From: a virus | Taxonomy: Duplodnaviria > Caudoviricetes | Length of the DNA: 64,000 bases | Reading direction: 5' to 3' (one strand) | IMG/VR virus record: IMGVR_UViG_3300008108_003798 | Shown: one piece after another, positions 7,807 through 17,603 of the stretch | Position numbering within the stretch: the first letter of the stretch is position 1 | Layout: the number at the start of each line of letters is the position of its first letter | Notes under the pieces: generated by a model | Told to the model about the DNA's origin: nothing | What the model saw: the letters and a program-made list of their open reading frames with translations, nothing else | The model's database searches: none | Translations under genes and position numbers: made by a program

Positions 7807-8313
7807 TTATCTCTTGGTTCCAGTAAGTTGAATAGCGTATCTATCGTGCATACTTAGATTGTAAACAGCATGTGGATCATCGCTGTCCCACTGTATCCAA
7901 TCACCTGCACACCACTCGCCAAATGTTTTTCCGCAGGCCTGCGATACCTGTCCCGGCTGGCTGTCTTCAAGCATGATGATAATACGAGTAACTTCTTCGT
8001 TGTTGAGTTTGTTGACTTGCTTGTATCTGCCAAACAAATCAACGTGCATAGGAAGATACTGTCCGGGCTTGAACAAGTTAATTGCTATTGCAATATGATC
8101 CAAATGATCAAATGCAGGAATGATATAATTGTCAACAGACTCGGGCATAGGATTTGGTTGGAAATAGTTCCACAGAGTCATATACATTTTGCTATGCCCG
8201 TGGCTGGCATACTCATTGAGTAATCTGTCGTCCTTGTGTGTATCGAACTTGTAATTGAGAGTTTTAAAGTCCTCAATATTCCAATTTGGTTCGATATGTC
8301 CGGTGTTAAGCAT
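7807..8313 (-). CDS. cupin/2OG-Fe(II) oxygenase-like protein
   Basis: PMHVD (HxD) and distal PHAVYN His; TATAAATA upstream. Confidence 0.55.
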   Translation of the reverse strand: MLNTGHIEPNWNIEDFKTLNYKFDTHKDDRLLNEYASHGHSKMYMTLWNYFQPNPMPESVDNYIIPAFDHLDHIAIAINLFKPGQYLPMHVDLFGRYKQVNKLNNEEVTRIIIMLEDSQPGQVSQACGKTFGEWCAGDWIQWDSDDPHAVYNLSMHDRYAIQLTGTKR

Positions 8314-8329
8314 TTCAATCTCCTTCGGT

Positions 8330-8740
8330 TTATTTATAAGTTAATTCCGCTAGGAGTTTGTAATTTTCCCATGCTTTTTTAGCAGCTAGGTTTGTTTCTA
8401 GATTCTCAGGTGTTAACATTACATCATACCAGTAGTGATTCATACGAGGCGGATGAGCACCATACTGTCGCGGTTGATGCATCTTCCCTTCGTTTTTCAA
8501 ACTAATACAAATATCACGAACAGCCTGTTCATCCTCTGCAGGAATGTTGCTCCATTCGGGCTGACTGTACATACTTCCAAGACCATTACCGCCAGCATAA
8601 CCTTCCCAAATACCAGTCCATTGTTTGTCGTCTTCTGGATCAAAATCTGTACGGGCGATGACTACTAATACTTCATCAATGTGTACAGTGTCTTCGTAAA
8701 TATCCTTTACGCAACGGCTAAGACTGGTTCCGATTTTCAT
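8330..8740 (-). CDS. conserved phage hypothetical protein
   Basis: MKIGTSLSRCVKDI N-terminus; coupled ORF chain. Confidence 0.65.
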   Translation of the reverse strand: MKIGTSLSRCVKDIYEDTVHIDEVLVVIARTDFDPEDDKQWTGIWEGYAGGNGLGSMYSQPEWSNIPAEDEQAVRDICISLKNEGKMHQPRQYGAHPPRMNHYWYDVMLTPENLETNLAAKKAWENYKLLAELTYK

Positions 8741-8979
8741 TTACGTTTCTCCAATTGATAGTTAAGGACAAAGTTTTCTACAAGTAGTTTTGTAATAGTT
8801 GCCATAGCAACAGTCAGCATGTCGCTGTCGTTGATGTCGTTAAACTGCTCTACAACACTGTTAGCCATCAAGCGATAAGCCGCAGACTCTTCAATTGGCA
8901 ACATACCCCAATCAATAGGGTCTTTGAATTCTGCTTCTTGTGCTAGATCTGCAAGTTGTTCAACTGTTAATTTTGACAA
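8737..8979 (-). CDS. hypothetical protein
   Basis: ATGA overlap with downstream gene. Confidence 0.6.
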   Translation of the reverse strand: MSKLTVEQLADLAQEAEFKDPIDWGMLPIEESAAYRLMANSVVEQFNDINDSDMLTVAMATITKLLVENFVLNYQLEKRK

Positions 8980-9682
8980 TTTTATAATCCGGTGTTAATC
9001 TATAATGTAATGCGTCGTGAGCAGGATGCTTGTTATACGCAACAGTGGCTTCGATCTCGATACTACGTCCAGCAGCAATCAAGTAGTCCCACACAGGAAT
9101 TGCTGGACTATAAGACTCCAAGTTTAGTACCATAAGGTGATTGTGACGATCTTTAAAGTAGTAACGCCACATGTTTTCACGCTTTGCAGTTCTGTGTACT
9201 TTACCTACAAACTCAATTTCGCCGGCAAAGTAACCAGGGATACTATGCGGATTGATTGATTGTACATTTTTAAAAATCTCAACAGTAGCAACACTCTCGT
9301 CATGAAAGCCAGGAAGTGTGATCAGCGGAGCCAGCCATTCTTTTTTGATCTTACGTGGCGAGTACAGTGCTTGATCAACAGTTTTCATCCACTCGCTCAT
9401 GTGTTGATTTTTAAGTCTACGTAACATGAAATTGTTTTGAAAGTGTTTACGAACTTGATCAGCACGTTCATATGATTCTGAAGAAATTTCAAAATTTGCT
9501 GGGTAATTTCCACTCAAGATGTTTGTGTAAATTTCAGTGCCGTATGTGGTTTTTGAAAGTTGAACAACAGCCGCAAGAGTATCGTACGGAGTATCCACAG
9601 GGTCTGTTTCAATTTTTTTGACAGTCTCAAAGTCGTCAACGGAAAATACCACGTTAAAGGGTTGTGCTATATTCATGTCCAA
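8960..9682 (-). CDS. hypothetical protein
   Basis: 240-aa ORF in coupled chain. Confidence 0.65.
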   Translation of the reverse strand: MDMNIAQPFNVVFSVDDFETVKKIETDPVDTPYDTLAAVVQLSKTTYGTEIYTNILSGNYPANFEISSESYERADQVRKHFQNNFMLRRLKNQHMSEWMKTVDQALYSPRKIKKEWLAPLITLPGFHDESVATVEIFKNVQSINPHSIPGYFAGEIEFVGKVHRTAKRENMWRYYFKDRHNHLMVLNLESYSPAIPVWDYLIAAGRSIEIEATVAYNKHPAHDALHYRLTPDYKIVKINS

Positions 9683-10482
9683 AGACTCGCTCTAATTTTA
9701 ATAAGACGGATCAGCATTTCGGTATCTTCGTCCTCGTAAGCCTTTTCCATTTCACGCATCGTGTCGTGCATTTTTGCAGTATCCCACTTGTCTGCTTCGG
9801 GATCTTCGTCGAGTAGGTCGATGCCACGTTCACGCTGATTGTCACAGTAGTTGCTCCAACCGCTTGCATCCATAGGTTCGGGACGATTAGGATATACTTC
9901 AGTCCACCAACGGTAAAGTGCAACAATCTCTTGTGCAGTTTCTGCTTGGTAAGTGGGTTTTGCTTGGCTTTTATCGTCAATCCATTCTTCGTCAGTAAGA
10001 GTCATTTCCCACGCAAGATGAGCAAGTCCTGCTTCGGCACTGCGCCAAGTTCTAGTGCGCCAACGACCTACTTGCCACCAACGCATATCTTTGGATTTTT
10101 CTTCACTCCAGCGATAGCCGCTATATGCTTTTTCGATTTCAACAAAGTCTACAAGTTCATCAAACAGGCAGTAAAGTATACGTGTATCCATATCACGATA
10201 CTCACCAGGCTTAATGTGCTTAGGATGAGCAACAAGTGCGTGAGTTTGATCAATCCAACGATTTACAATGTAATACTTTACACTGTATAAACGATCGGTA
10301 GGCCAGCAAACAAAGTTTTGCAGTTTATCCAGACCTTCTTCGGCAATCCAATAACGGATAGGATGTGATGCACGAGCAAGATTTTTCCACTGCTTCCAAC
10401 CCGGGCTGGTTTCGAAGTTGGGTTTAGCAGTGCCGCGAAGCCAATCGGCAAAACGGCTGCAACTCCAGTAATTAGATCTCAT
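9673..10482 (-). CDS. Trp-rich conserved phage hypothetical protein
   Basis: 269-aa ORF; ends MLIRLIKIRASLWT. Confidence 0.7.
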   Translation of the reverse strand: MRSNYWSCSRFADWLRGTAKPNFETSPGWKQWKNLARASHPIRYWIAEEGLDKLQNFVCWPTDRLYSVKYYIVNRWIDQTHALVAHPKHIKPGEYRDMDTRILYCLFDELVDFVEIEKAYSGYRWSEEKSKDMRWWQVGRWRTRTWRSAEAGLAHLAWEMTLTDEEWIDDKSQAKPTYQAETAQEIVALYRWWTEVYPNRPEPMDASGWSNYCDNQRERGIDLLDEDPEADKWDTAKMHDTMREMEKAYEDEDTEMLIRLIKIRASLWT

Positions 10483-10708
10483 CTTCTTTGTACTCTTTTC
10501 GATTTTTGCTATAGTTTACAGTTGCGTTCCAGAACCCGATCAATCCATGACACGCAATAGCAAGGAAAGTTGAAAAAATTTGAACTGCTCCAATGATCAG
10601 AACAGCAATAAGTGCAGTCATAATCAAGTCAACTTCGTGTGCAGTATTATAATACGCTAGACCGAATATAATAGCGTAGAATCCCAAATCCCAGAGATGC
10701 TTTTTCAT
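10472..10708 (-). CDS. small membrane protein
   Basis: Two hydrophobic helices. Confidence 0.55.
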   Translation of the reverse strand: MKKHLWDLGFYAIIFGLAYYNTAHEVDLIMTALIAVLIIGAVQIFSTFLAIACHGLIGFWNATVNYSKNRKEYKEDEI

Positions 10709-11058
10709 TTTGCTTCCTTTTTAGCACGATAGTCGGCTTTGAACTGTTTTACGTCAGTGACTGCACTGGTAAGTGCGGCTGCATAGTTAATTGCAGTCTG
10801 CTCATCCAGCACAATAGTAGTATCCATTTCGGCATAGCCTTTGATGAGAATTTGCCAAATTTGCTGCCAGCGGTTCATTTTCCACCATTTAGTATGGTTC
10901 TTTGCATAGATATGAACACTAACATCAACTTCGTCTGCTTCTACATTCAGTTCATGTGAGCAATCATCATTGCCGCAACTGCAACGAATATGATACCATT
11001 TGCTATCACCCCACTCGCTGGTTTTTAAAATACCCTGTGCAGGTTGTTGTGCGTTCAT
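10705..11058 (-). CDS. hypothetical protein with CxC..C..H motif
   Basis: Likely start MNAQQP at 11058 with GAGGAG upstream. Confidence 0.6.
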   Translation of the reverse strand: MNAQQPAQGILKTSEWGDSKWYHIRCSCGNDDCSHELNVEADEVDVSVHIYAKNHTKWWKMNRWQQIWQILIKGYAEMDTTIVLDEQTAINYAAALTSAVTDVKQFKADYRAKKEAK

Positions 11059-11068
11059 AATCTTCTCC

Positions 11069-11275
11069 TCAATGAATTGTATTATAGTTGGATTCGTCGT
11101 TAGGGTCAAGTCCAAAATACTCAATACACATTCTTGCAATAGTGTTTGGTACTTCTTTTAAATGTTCTTCGCCGCGTGGAACCCATATACCTTTGAGACT
11201 GCCGTCTTTGCCAACAACCAACCCATAGTCATCGTCTTCTAGTGTTTCGCTCAGTTCTAAATAATCATGCCTCAT
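11069..11275 (-). CDS. hypothetical protein
   Basis: ORF track; RBS upstream. Confidence 0.55.
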   Translation of the reverse strand: MRHDYLELSETLEDDDYGLVVGKDGSLKGIWVPRGEEHLKEVPNTIARMCIEYFGLDPNDESNYNTIH

Positions 11276-11759
11276 TGCTCTCGCCTTTTAGAGTCTCTAA
11301 CATACGGTATTTGTCCAGTTGACAATGATACTCGTCTGCCGCAGATTTTAGTTTAGGATATTTGGTTTCTAGATCAAAGTCTCTGTTGATTACAACTTTT
11401 AGACTCTTGCTTATTTCGTCAAGAGATTTTTGATACTGAAGAATAGGATCTAGTTTTTCACGCTCAATGTCATCGATCTTAACATAGTGTTGGCTTTGAC
11501 TAGGATGATAACTATCCTTAGGAACAACGCCGGCATCAATCCAGTTGGCTCGGGCCTTTTCTATGCCTTCGTGATCGACGTGTATATAGGGTCTGTCGTC
11601 ACTAAACTTGCGTTCGCCACAGTTGCATTTGTAAAACCGTATCTGCCAATGCTTGGTTTTTTTGGTATCAGTATAAGTTGTATGATACTTGTCGTTGACT
11701 GCTACTAGTTCCCAATCATGCTCGTGCCGCGGAGCAAAAAGTCGTGCAATAAAGTTCAT
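11265..11759 (-). CDS. hypothetical protein
   Basis: 164-aa ORF in coupled chain. Confidence 0.6.
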   Translation of the reverse strand: MNFIARLFAPRHEHDWELVAVNDKYHTTYTDTKKTKHWQIRFYKCNCGERKFSDDRPYIHVDHEGIEKARANWIDAGVVPKDSYHPSQSQHYVKIDDIEREKLDPILQYQKSLDEISKSLKVVINRDFDLETKYPKLKSAADEYHCQLDKYRMLETLKGESNEA

Positions 11760-12010
11760 CGTTTACCCTGATAACGTAGATCAAAAATTTTATCTCTTAC
11801 ACGATTATTATACCAATTACGGTCTTGCTTGTCAAGCAGTGTAAGTAGATATTCAAGATCTTCGTCGCTTAACGCCACATCAACTGCGGATTCTGCTAAC
11901 ACAGTATAACCTCGGTTTTTTAATTCTTCCACTATTTCGTTGTCGTCGAACTCATCGAGATCTACGTCAACGTCTACATATGTTTCAATTGTTTTAACAG
12001 CCATTTTCAA
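11756..12010 (-). CDS. hypothetical acidic protein
   Basis: Coupled to tilS end. Confidence 0.55.
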   Translation of the reverse strand: MKMAVKTIETYVDVDVDLDEFDDNEIVEELKNRGYTVLAESAVDVALSDEDLEYLLTLLDKQDRNWYNNRVRDKIFDLRYQGKR

Positions 12011-12593
12011 TTACCTTCTTTTTGATGGTTTTGTATAATCCTGGGTTTACTTTTAATGCGTGTGGCATTAGTTCATGTCTAATATAGTTTCTTGTGTACT
12101 TGATATCCGCATTGCTAGGATCTTCAACATACGGTACCGTGTGCATATTAGACCACAAGGCAATATCACGTTTCATATTTAATCTAAACGGACGGATAAC
12201 GTTCTTTCTACGATACGGTACAATTTTACCAGTACCGTGCAGCGAACTAAAGATCCAAGTTTCCACGCAGTCATCCAAGTGATGTCCTGTAATCACAGGT
12301 GCGTCTGTAAATAGGTCCAAGAACTCGTAGCGTTTTTCTCGCCAAAATTCTTCATGACTCATATCTTTTGGCTTGTCTTCACGAATCTTACCGCCGATAA
12401 ATTTGATATCGTTTTTAATACAGTAGTCATCAACAAAGTCTAGAGTGTACATAGAATTGCTGGTTCTATGATCAAAATGTAATACAGTTACATCATGATT
12501 GTTTTGTAGAAAATTTAAAATTGCCATACTATCAATGCCGCCGGAGCAGGCAAGATATACTTTGCGGGGGAGTTTGCCTTGGATCTTAATCAT
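11994..12593 (-). CDS. tilS: tRNA(Ile)-lysidine synthetase, catalytic domain only
   Basis: LACSGGIDS PP-loop, EEFWREKRY, GHHLDDCVET, IRPF, EDPSN..KYTRNYIRH; about 199 aa, lacking C-terminal domains. Confidence 0.85.
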   Translation of the reverse strand: MIKIQGKLPRKVYLACSGGIDSMAILNFLQNNHDVTVLHFDHRTSNSMYTLDFVDDYCIKNDIKFIGGKIREDKPKDMSHEEFWREKRYEFLDLFTDAPVITGHHLDDCVETWIFSSLHGTGKIVPYRRKNVIRPFRLNMKRDIALWSNMHTVPYVEDPSNADIKYTRNYIRHELMPHALKVNPGLYKTIKKKVIENGC

Positions 12594-12730
12594 ATTTTTT
12601 ATTATAAGGCATAGACCGCAATTGGACAAGAAAAAACTATTTCATATCCACTGGAGTCATTGTGCCTGTTTCCCTATGTTTAGTAAATGATACTGTACCG
12701 TCTGACTTTAGTCGCTAAAACGGCTCTAAC

Positions 12731-12943
12731 TCAAGTGGCTTGGTCATCTTTGTCATCGTGTTTAAGAATAATCATATTGTCACCGCTGCCAACTGTTTTA
12801 AGATAGCCATCTTTAGCAAGGCTATCAATGGTAGTAGAAACAGACTGTTCAACCAGATCGTAGTTTGCTTTTGTACGACCCACTGAATATCCAAACAGTG
12901 TAAACACAACTGCGGTACCGAAGATGAAAGATTCAACAACCAT
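12731..12943 (-). CDS. small membrane-anchored hypothetical protein
   Basis: N-terminal TM segment. Confidence 0.55.
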   Translation of the reverse strand: MVVESFIFGTAVVFTLFGYSVGRTKANYDLVEQSVSTTIDSLAKDGYLKTVGSGDNMIILKHDDKDDQAT

Positions 12944-13647
12944 TATTTTTCCTCAATATATGAAAGTTTAACGTAATTCAATTTAGTCATCGGCAACCGA
13001 GTGTCATACTCGATCTCATGCTTTTTGGCTTTTGCCCTTATACTATATTTACTGCCGATTTCGTATTTTTTGTCTTTGTTAAAATGCACAAGATTGCCGC
13101 CAACACCAGCAATATAACTGTAAAGATTGTAGTCTTTGAGATAAAACGAACGAAGGATTTCCAGTTCGCCTGAGATTGAACTGTCAACGTTATAATGCAC
13201 AGAATCAACAAAATCAGTTTTGAGACGACGACGGTAAGCAAGATCGTGCAGTTCTCGTTGAATCATTGCAGGAACATAAGCAACAAAGCCTACATTCTTA
13301 GGTGTACATTCTTCGCTGCTAAACGCAGCAAACGTATCACGCTGAAACTGACTGAGATCGTTGCCAATCATAAGAAACGTGTAACGCTTGAAATGACTGC
13401 GGGCAGATTCTAGAGCAGCAACATCTTCATTCGTAACTTCAACAGGCTCGAACTGTTCAGGAACCCAGTGATTCTTGCTGCCTTCGCTGATGGCCTTGAG
13501 AGCAAACATAAACTTGATAGCATCCTTGTTGCCCCAAAAGGAAACATTGCCATCCTTATCGTATACAGTTTCTTTGTAGTAGTTTTTGTTGATACGATAG
13601 ATAGCAAATGATAGTTTAAGTGCTTCATCAGTTGAAAACGTATCCAT
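12943..13647 (-). CDS. conserved phage hypothetical protein
   Basis: 234 aa; own sigma70-like promoter near 13680-13705. Confidence 0.65.
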   Translation of the reverse strand: MDTFSTDEALKLSFAIYRINKNYYKETVYDKDGNVSFWGNKDAIKFMFALKAISEGSKNHWVPEQFEPVEVTNEDVAALESARSHFKRYTFLMIGNDLSQFQRDTFAAFSSEECTPKNVGFVAYVPAMIQRELHDLAYRRRLKTDFVDSVHYNVDSSISGELEILRSFYLKDYNLYSYIAGVGGNLVHFNKDKKYEIGSKYSIRAKAKKHEIEYDTRLPMTKLNYVKLSYIEEK

Positions 13648-13707
13648 AGCCGCCTCGTTGTGTGCCTACATGTTCAACATACAACAAGACGCACGGGTTG
13701 TCAATCT

Positions 13708-14580
13708 TTATTTTTTTTTGTTAACTTCGAACAATTTAGGATCTAGTTCTTTTTTCTTTTTTCTGTCTTTGCGCCAGCCTTCGCGCATTTTTTCTCTCTT
13801 GGCAAGTTCTTCTGCTTCTGGACTCTTTGGAGTAGGATCTGGCAAAGCCTTGACTGAGTCCAGTGTAGGAACAAATGCATCATAGGCATTTTTATTCATC
13901 TCAAACCCAACAAATTTTCTTCCATAGCGTAGTGCGGTTCTGGCTGTGGTAAATCCTCCGCAGAACGGATCCATCACAACATCGCCTCTGTTGCTGCTGT
14001 AAAGAACAAATTTTTCAATAAACGATTCGTTGAGTTGATTCTTGTTTTTCAATTGTCCAGGATTATGAGCCCGAGGCATGTCCTGCACTGTAAGACGGTC
14101 GTGATAACTGTCTTTTTGATCTGTGAAATAAACATTACTGTTGAATGTTCTTGTTTGCTTGCCCTTATCGGGCTTTTGCCAAAACAGAATGTGATAGTGA
14201 CTGCTGACCCACTTGTTTTTTGTACTCACACCAAAACTGTATTTTGCAATGATATGATTGACTTCTTTCAAGTCAGTGCTGTGCAATGCATTTAGAATAT
14301 GATGAAGGTTTGTATAACCACTTACAATATAGATACTGCCGCCCGGACGTAGTACTCTAGCACATTCGCCGATCCAGTCTTTGCTAAACTGTGCATAGGT
14401 TTCTAAAGGAACGTCCACATACCCAGGTACAACAAAACTTTCGTCACGATGATAGTGAGCGTCCAGTTTGTCGCCGTCAATACCGTAAGGCGGATCTGTA
14501 AAAATAAGATCCACGTTGCCATCGGCAACGTGGTCTTTGATTCCTGTAATGCAGTCTTGATTATAGACCTGGAATGTCAT
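13708..14580 (-). CDS. DNA N6-adenine/N4-cytosine methyltransferase (beta class)
   Basis: TDPPY motif IV precedes MDPFCGGFTT motif I; likely start MTFQVY at 14580. Confidence 0.9.
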   Translation of the reverse strand: MTFQVYNQDCITGIKDHVADGNVDLIFTDPPYGIDGDKLDAHYHRDESFVVPGYVDVPLETYAQFSKDWIGECARVLRPGGSIYIVSGYTNLHHILNALHSTDLKEVNHIIAKYSFGVSTKNKWVSSHYHILFWQKPDKGKQTRTFNSNVYFTDQKDSYHDRLTVQDMPRAHNPGQLKNKNQLNESFIEKFVLYSSNRGDVVMDPFCGGFTTARTALRYGRKFVGFEMNKNAYDAFVPTLDSVKALPDPTPKSPEAEELAKREKMREGWRKDRKKKKELDPKLFEVNKKK

Positions 14581-15121
14581 TGCGAATTGCATCCATAATT
14601 AGTTGCTTTAGATTATTATTATACGTGTTTTCACAAAGGATACGACCAGAAACTTCCGTAATTGCTGCTTTGGGTACTTTAACAACAACACCGTCGCCTT
14701 GAACTTTGGCATGTTTCAACACTGTCTTTTTGTCGAGAACAAAAGCACCGTCGTTGCGTACTACAATCACACAATCTGCTACATGTGATTCGGGCAAGGT
14801 TTTGTTCTTGTTGGTGCCATTTGTGTTGCTTAGTTTTACTTCGTAGTTTTTACGTAGACTACCATCTTTTTTGTACATATTATCGCTGAGTTGACTTTTT
14901 AATTCAACGTCGATGTTGTGTTTTGGCCAAACGTAATCTCTGTGATCTTCACCGACATATTTTAGATTATTGTTTGAGTGTGTTTCTACTGTTAGTTCTG
15001 CAATCAGACCTTTGAGAAATCTCCATTGTGCATCATTAAAGTCTTCAAGAGAGTTTCCATATTCAACAATTCCTTGCCAATTAAACGCCTTTAGATCTGT
15101 TAGGATTTCTGTGTTTAGCAT
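14561..15121 (-). CDS. putative PD-(D/E)XK restriction-like endonuclease
   Basis: Helix E (LIAEL), HRDY, VELKS spacing typical of the PD-(D/E)XK core; overlaps the MTase. Confidence 0.5.
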   Translation of the reverse strand: MLNTEILTDLKAFNWQGIVEYGNSLEDFNDAQWRFLKGLIAELTVETHSNNNLKYVGEDHRDYVWPKHNIDVELKSQLSDNMYKKDGSLRKNYEVKLSNTNGTNKNKTLPESHVADCVIVVRNDGAFVLDKKTVLKHAKVQGDGVVVKVPKAAITEVSGRILCENTYNNNLKQLIMDAIRNDIPGL

Positions 15122-15145
15122 TGTATGTTCCTTTAAATTTTAATA

Positions 15146-15174
15146 AGTATAACATCAATTTATCATGGTGTCAA
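15146..15174 (-). promoter_or_regulatory. sigma70-type promoter
   Basis: TTGACA-17 nt-TATACT. Confidence 0.75.
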
Positions 15175-15716
15175 GACAAAAACAACCTAAAGTGATCTGC
15201 TAGGGTCATAGTTGTGTCTACTGATACACCGTCGTGAGTTACAAACAGATTTGCTGTATCAAAGCAATACTGATAGCGGCACCAAAAGTTATAGATATCT
15301 GGTGTGCGGCTAGCCCAACCCTTTTCACGTAGCAGTGTGTCTTTTTCTACGCTGATACGTGCTGTGGGCATATTGCAAGCCTGTGTAGGAGTAATTACAC
15401 CAGCCAACAATAGATCTCGAACGGTGCTGTTAGGAACCATGTGTTCAAAAATTCCGTTGCCTTCGAGCCCTACTTCAACGTAGTGTGCGCCAAAGTTTTC
15501 TTTGATGCAGTAGCCATGATAACGCCGCAGTGCATTGTCGATATCATCACGAATCAAACGATAAGTCTGTTCATCGTTTTTGGTATTATGATACAGGTAA
15601 ACAAGACGAGTAAGATTGTTAGTAACGTATGCTGCCGTAGCAGCATACGATTCTAGGTTACGTTTAGTGCGAACATATACAGGTTCGCGAAAACGTTCAA
15701 TTGCTTCTTTGAGCAT
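15171..15716 (-). CDS. hypothetical protein with EHxxP (HNH/DUF1524-like) motif
   Basis: IFEHMVP; start codon immediately follows the stop of the ParB-like gene (TAAATG). Confidence 0.55.
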   Translation of the reverse strand: MLKEAIERFREPVYVRTKRNLESYAATAAYVTNNLTRLVYLYHNTKNDEQTYRLIRDDIDNALRRYHGYCIKENFGAHYVEVGLEGNGIFEHMVPNSTVRDLLLAGVITPTQACNMPTARISVEKDTLLREKGWASRTPDIYNFWCRYQYCFDTANLFVTHDGVSVDTTMTLADHFRLFLS

Positions 15717-16775
15717 TTAAGCAGCCTTTTTAGGAAACAGTCCAGGAGCAGGATTTTCAGCAAGTTGAAGTTTTGCACCGTCGCCGTGGTAAGGAAGGTT
15801 GAGTTTGCCGCCGTTGATTATGTACAGTTCACGAATGAAGTTAGACATAATGTTTGGTGCATCCCAACCGCGACCCGGCGAAACATAACTCACTTGCAGT
15901 TTTGCTTTTTCTTTGAACAAAGAACCATTAACCGAAGTACTGCGATTGAATGTTTGTGCAATGGTTTGCAGAACTTCTAGCATCCAACCATCAGGCAGTT
16001 CCTGACGACTATCAAGACGGCTCAGTTCATATAGCCCGATGTACAAGTCTTGGTTAACTTCTTCGTCGTGTTTGTACACAGTTACAATTGCATTGAGAAT
16101 ACTGTCAAGGGTTTTGCCGCTCTTGTCAACGTCGATGCCTTTGTAGGCATATGCAAAGTGTGAAAAGAAGTAATCGTTGGATCCGCGCAATTTAACACTA
16201 CGACGAGTGCCTTTGTCTTCAAGATCAATTCCGTTCTCATCAAATTGATCCTGCATAGTACGAGCCTTGAAGTTCTTTTCTTCGGTACTGCCAAGTTTGT
16301 AACGAGTAAGAGCGTTACGATGCAGATCGCCGGGGCTCAGTTTCTTAACACCAGACTCGTTGAGTTCTTCAAATGCATAACTAGGAAATGCAGGGTCGTC
16401 GGTGTTTACAACAGTGCAAGGAACATGTTCGTAGCCAAGCAATGCAGTTGCAATAGTACGGTGTTGCCCGTCATAGGTTAGAATTTGTTTTGCACCATTC
16501 ACACGGCAAGCAGATGCAGGTGTGCAAAGACGAGGATCATATTTTTTAAGAATGGTAATGATGTGTTTGATGATTACATCACGTTGAACTTCGTAGTCAA
16601 TCCAAAGTTCGTTGATTGGAACAAGTTTTCCACCTTCGGGAAATTTATGTCCGTTGACATCTACACGATTACGAAAGATCGCAAGATTTTCATCTTTGAT
16701 AGCAAAATTGGCAGCAAGATCGACTTTGACGTCGGCAATTATATCCGTAAGTTTACGGGTCGCACGTTTGTTCAT
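15717..16775 (-). CDS. ParB/Srx-like N-terminal domain protein
   Basis: LWIDYEVQR and YDGQHR motifs. Confidence 0.7.
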   Translation of the reverse strand: MNKRATRKLTDIIADVKVDLAANFAIKDENLAIFRNRVDVNGHKFPEGGKLVPINELWIDYEVQRDVIIKHIITILKKYDPRLCTPASACRVNGAKQILTYDGQHRTIATALLGYEHVPCTVVNTDDPAFPSYAFEELNESGVKKLSPGDLHRNALTRYKLGSTEEKNFKARTMQDQFDENGIDLEDKGTRRSVKLRGSNDYFFSHFAYAYKGIDVDKSGKTLDSILNAIVTVYKHDEEVNQDLYIGLYELSRLDSRQELPDGWMLEVLQTIAQTFNRSTSVNGSLFKEKAKLQVSYVSPGRGWDAPNIMSNFIRELYIINGGKLNLPYHGDGAKLQLAENPAPGLFPKKAA

Positions 16776-16862
16776 TTATTTTCTCCATTGAACAATTCAA
16801 CTGCTAGGAGCACAATGCCCTTCGCTTTAGTTAATATAAACGATGATTAGTCTGTTGTCAAG

Positions 16863-17078
16863 TTAAATTCTAAACATAATTCTGCCTTTGTCAAGATCGT
16901 ATGGTGTCATTTCAATTTTAACACGATCACCTTGTACCAGGCGAATTTTGAACTGGCGCATTTTGCCTCCAGTATAACAGGTTACTCTATGCCCGTTTTC
17001 TAATTCAACACGAAATGTTTGATTGGGCAGTACCTCTATGATACTGCCTTCTAATTCTAATATATCTTCTTTAGCCAT
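16863..17078 (-). CDS. infA: translation initiation factor IF-1
   Basis: [26 protein letters not shown]....GKMR...[18 protein letters not shown]. Confidence 0.95.
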   Translation of the reverse strand: MAKEDILELEGSIIEVLPNQTFRVELENGHRVTCYTGGKMRQFKIRLVQGDRVKIEMTPYDLDKGRIMFRI

Positions 17079-17253
17079 TCTCTACCTTGGATATAGCGAC
17101 GCCACCTTCTTCTAACACTTCAATCTTTAAGACGTCGCCTGGTTTCCAGCCCAACTGTTCAGCAATTTCCTGAGGAATATTCATTAACACGTTCTCAGGG
17201 TCGCCGTTGATGTCTTGAAACACTTCTTCAACTGAATACGTTTTATTTACCAA
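17071..17253 (-). CDS. AbrB/MazE-like swapped-hairpin protein
   Basis: [24 protein letters not shown]. Confidence 0.65.
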   Translation of the reverse strand: MVNKTYSVEEVFQDINGDPENVLMNIPQEIAEQLGWKPGDVLKIEVLEEGGVAISKVENG

Positions 17254-17425
17254 AACGTTCTCTCCATTTGCCTTGTAGAGTATCTACCAAGTTCTTTGGC
17301 ATTAATTTAACACTTTTCAATGTACTGTTGTCTTTCTTTTTTTCTTTAACATGTGCAACAGCATTGCCGCTGCTGGTAGCACTAACTATATATCTATTTT
17401 TTTCTGTTACTATTTCCCAGCGCAT
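17243..17425 (-). CDS. hypothetical basic protein
   Basis: First gene of the infA operon. Confidence 0.55.
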   Translation of the reverse strand: MRWEIVTEKNRYIVSATSSGNAVAHVKEKKKDNSTLKSVKLMPKNLVDTLQGKWRERFGK

Positions 17426-17603
17426 TGTTCTTCCTTGTTTGGCGATCCGTTAGCCACACACTGTTGGACGAGTGCTTGTGACCCTTAACTAACTTTGAGA
17501 TTCGTAGTCATAGATTTCGTTAGTTAAGATTTATGGTTTCGGCAGTAGGCCGCGACGGACCAAGCGCGGCACTCTACTGCTGTTACTAGACTACGATAGA
17601 TCT

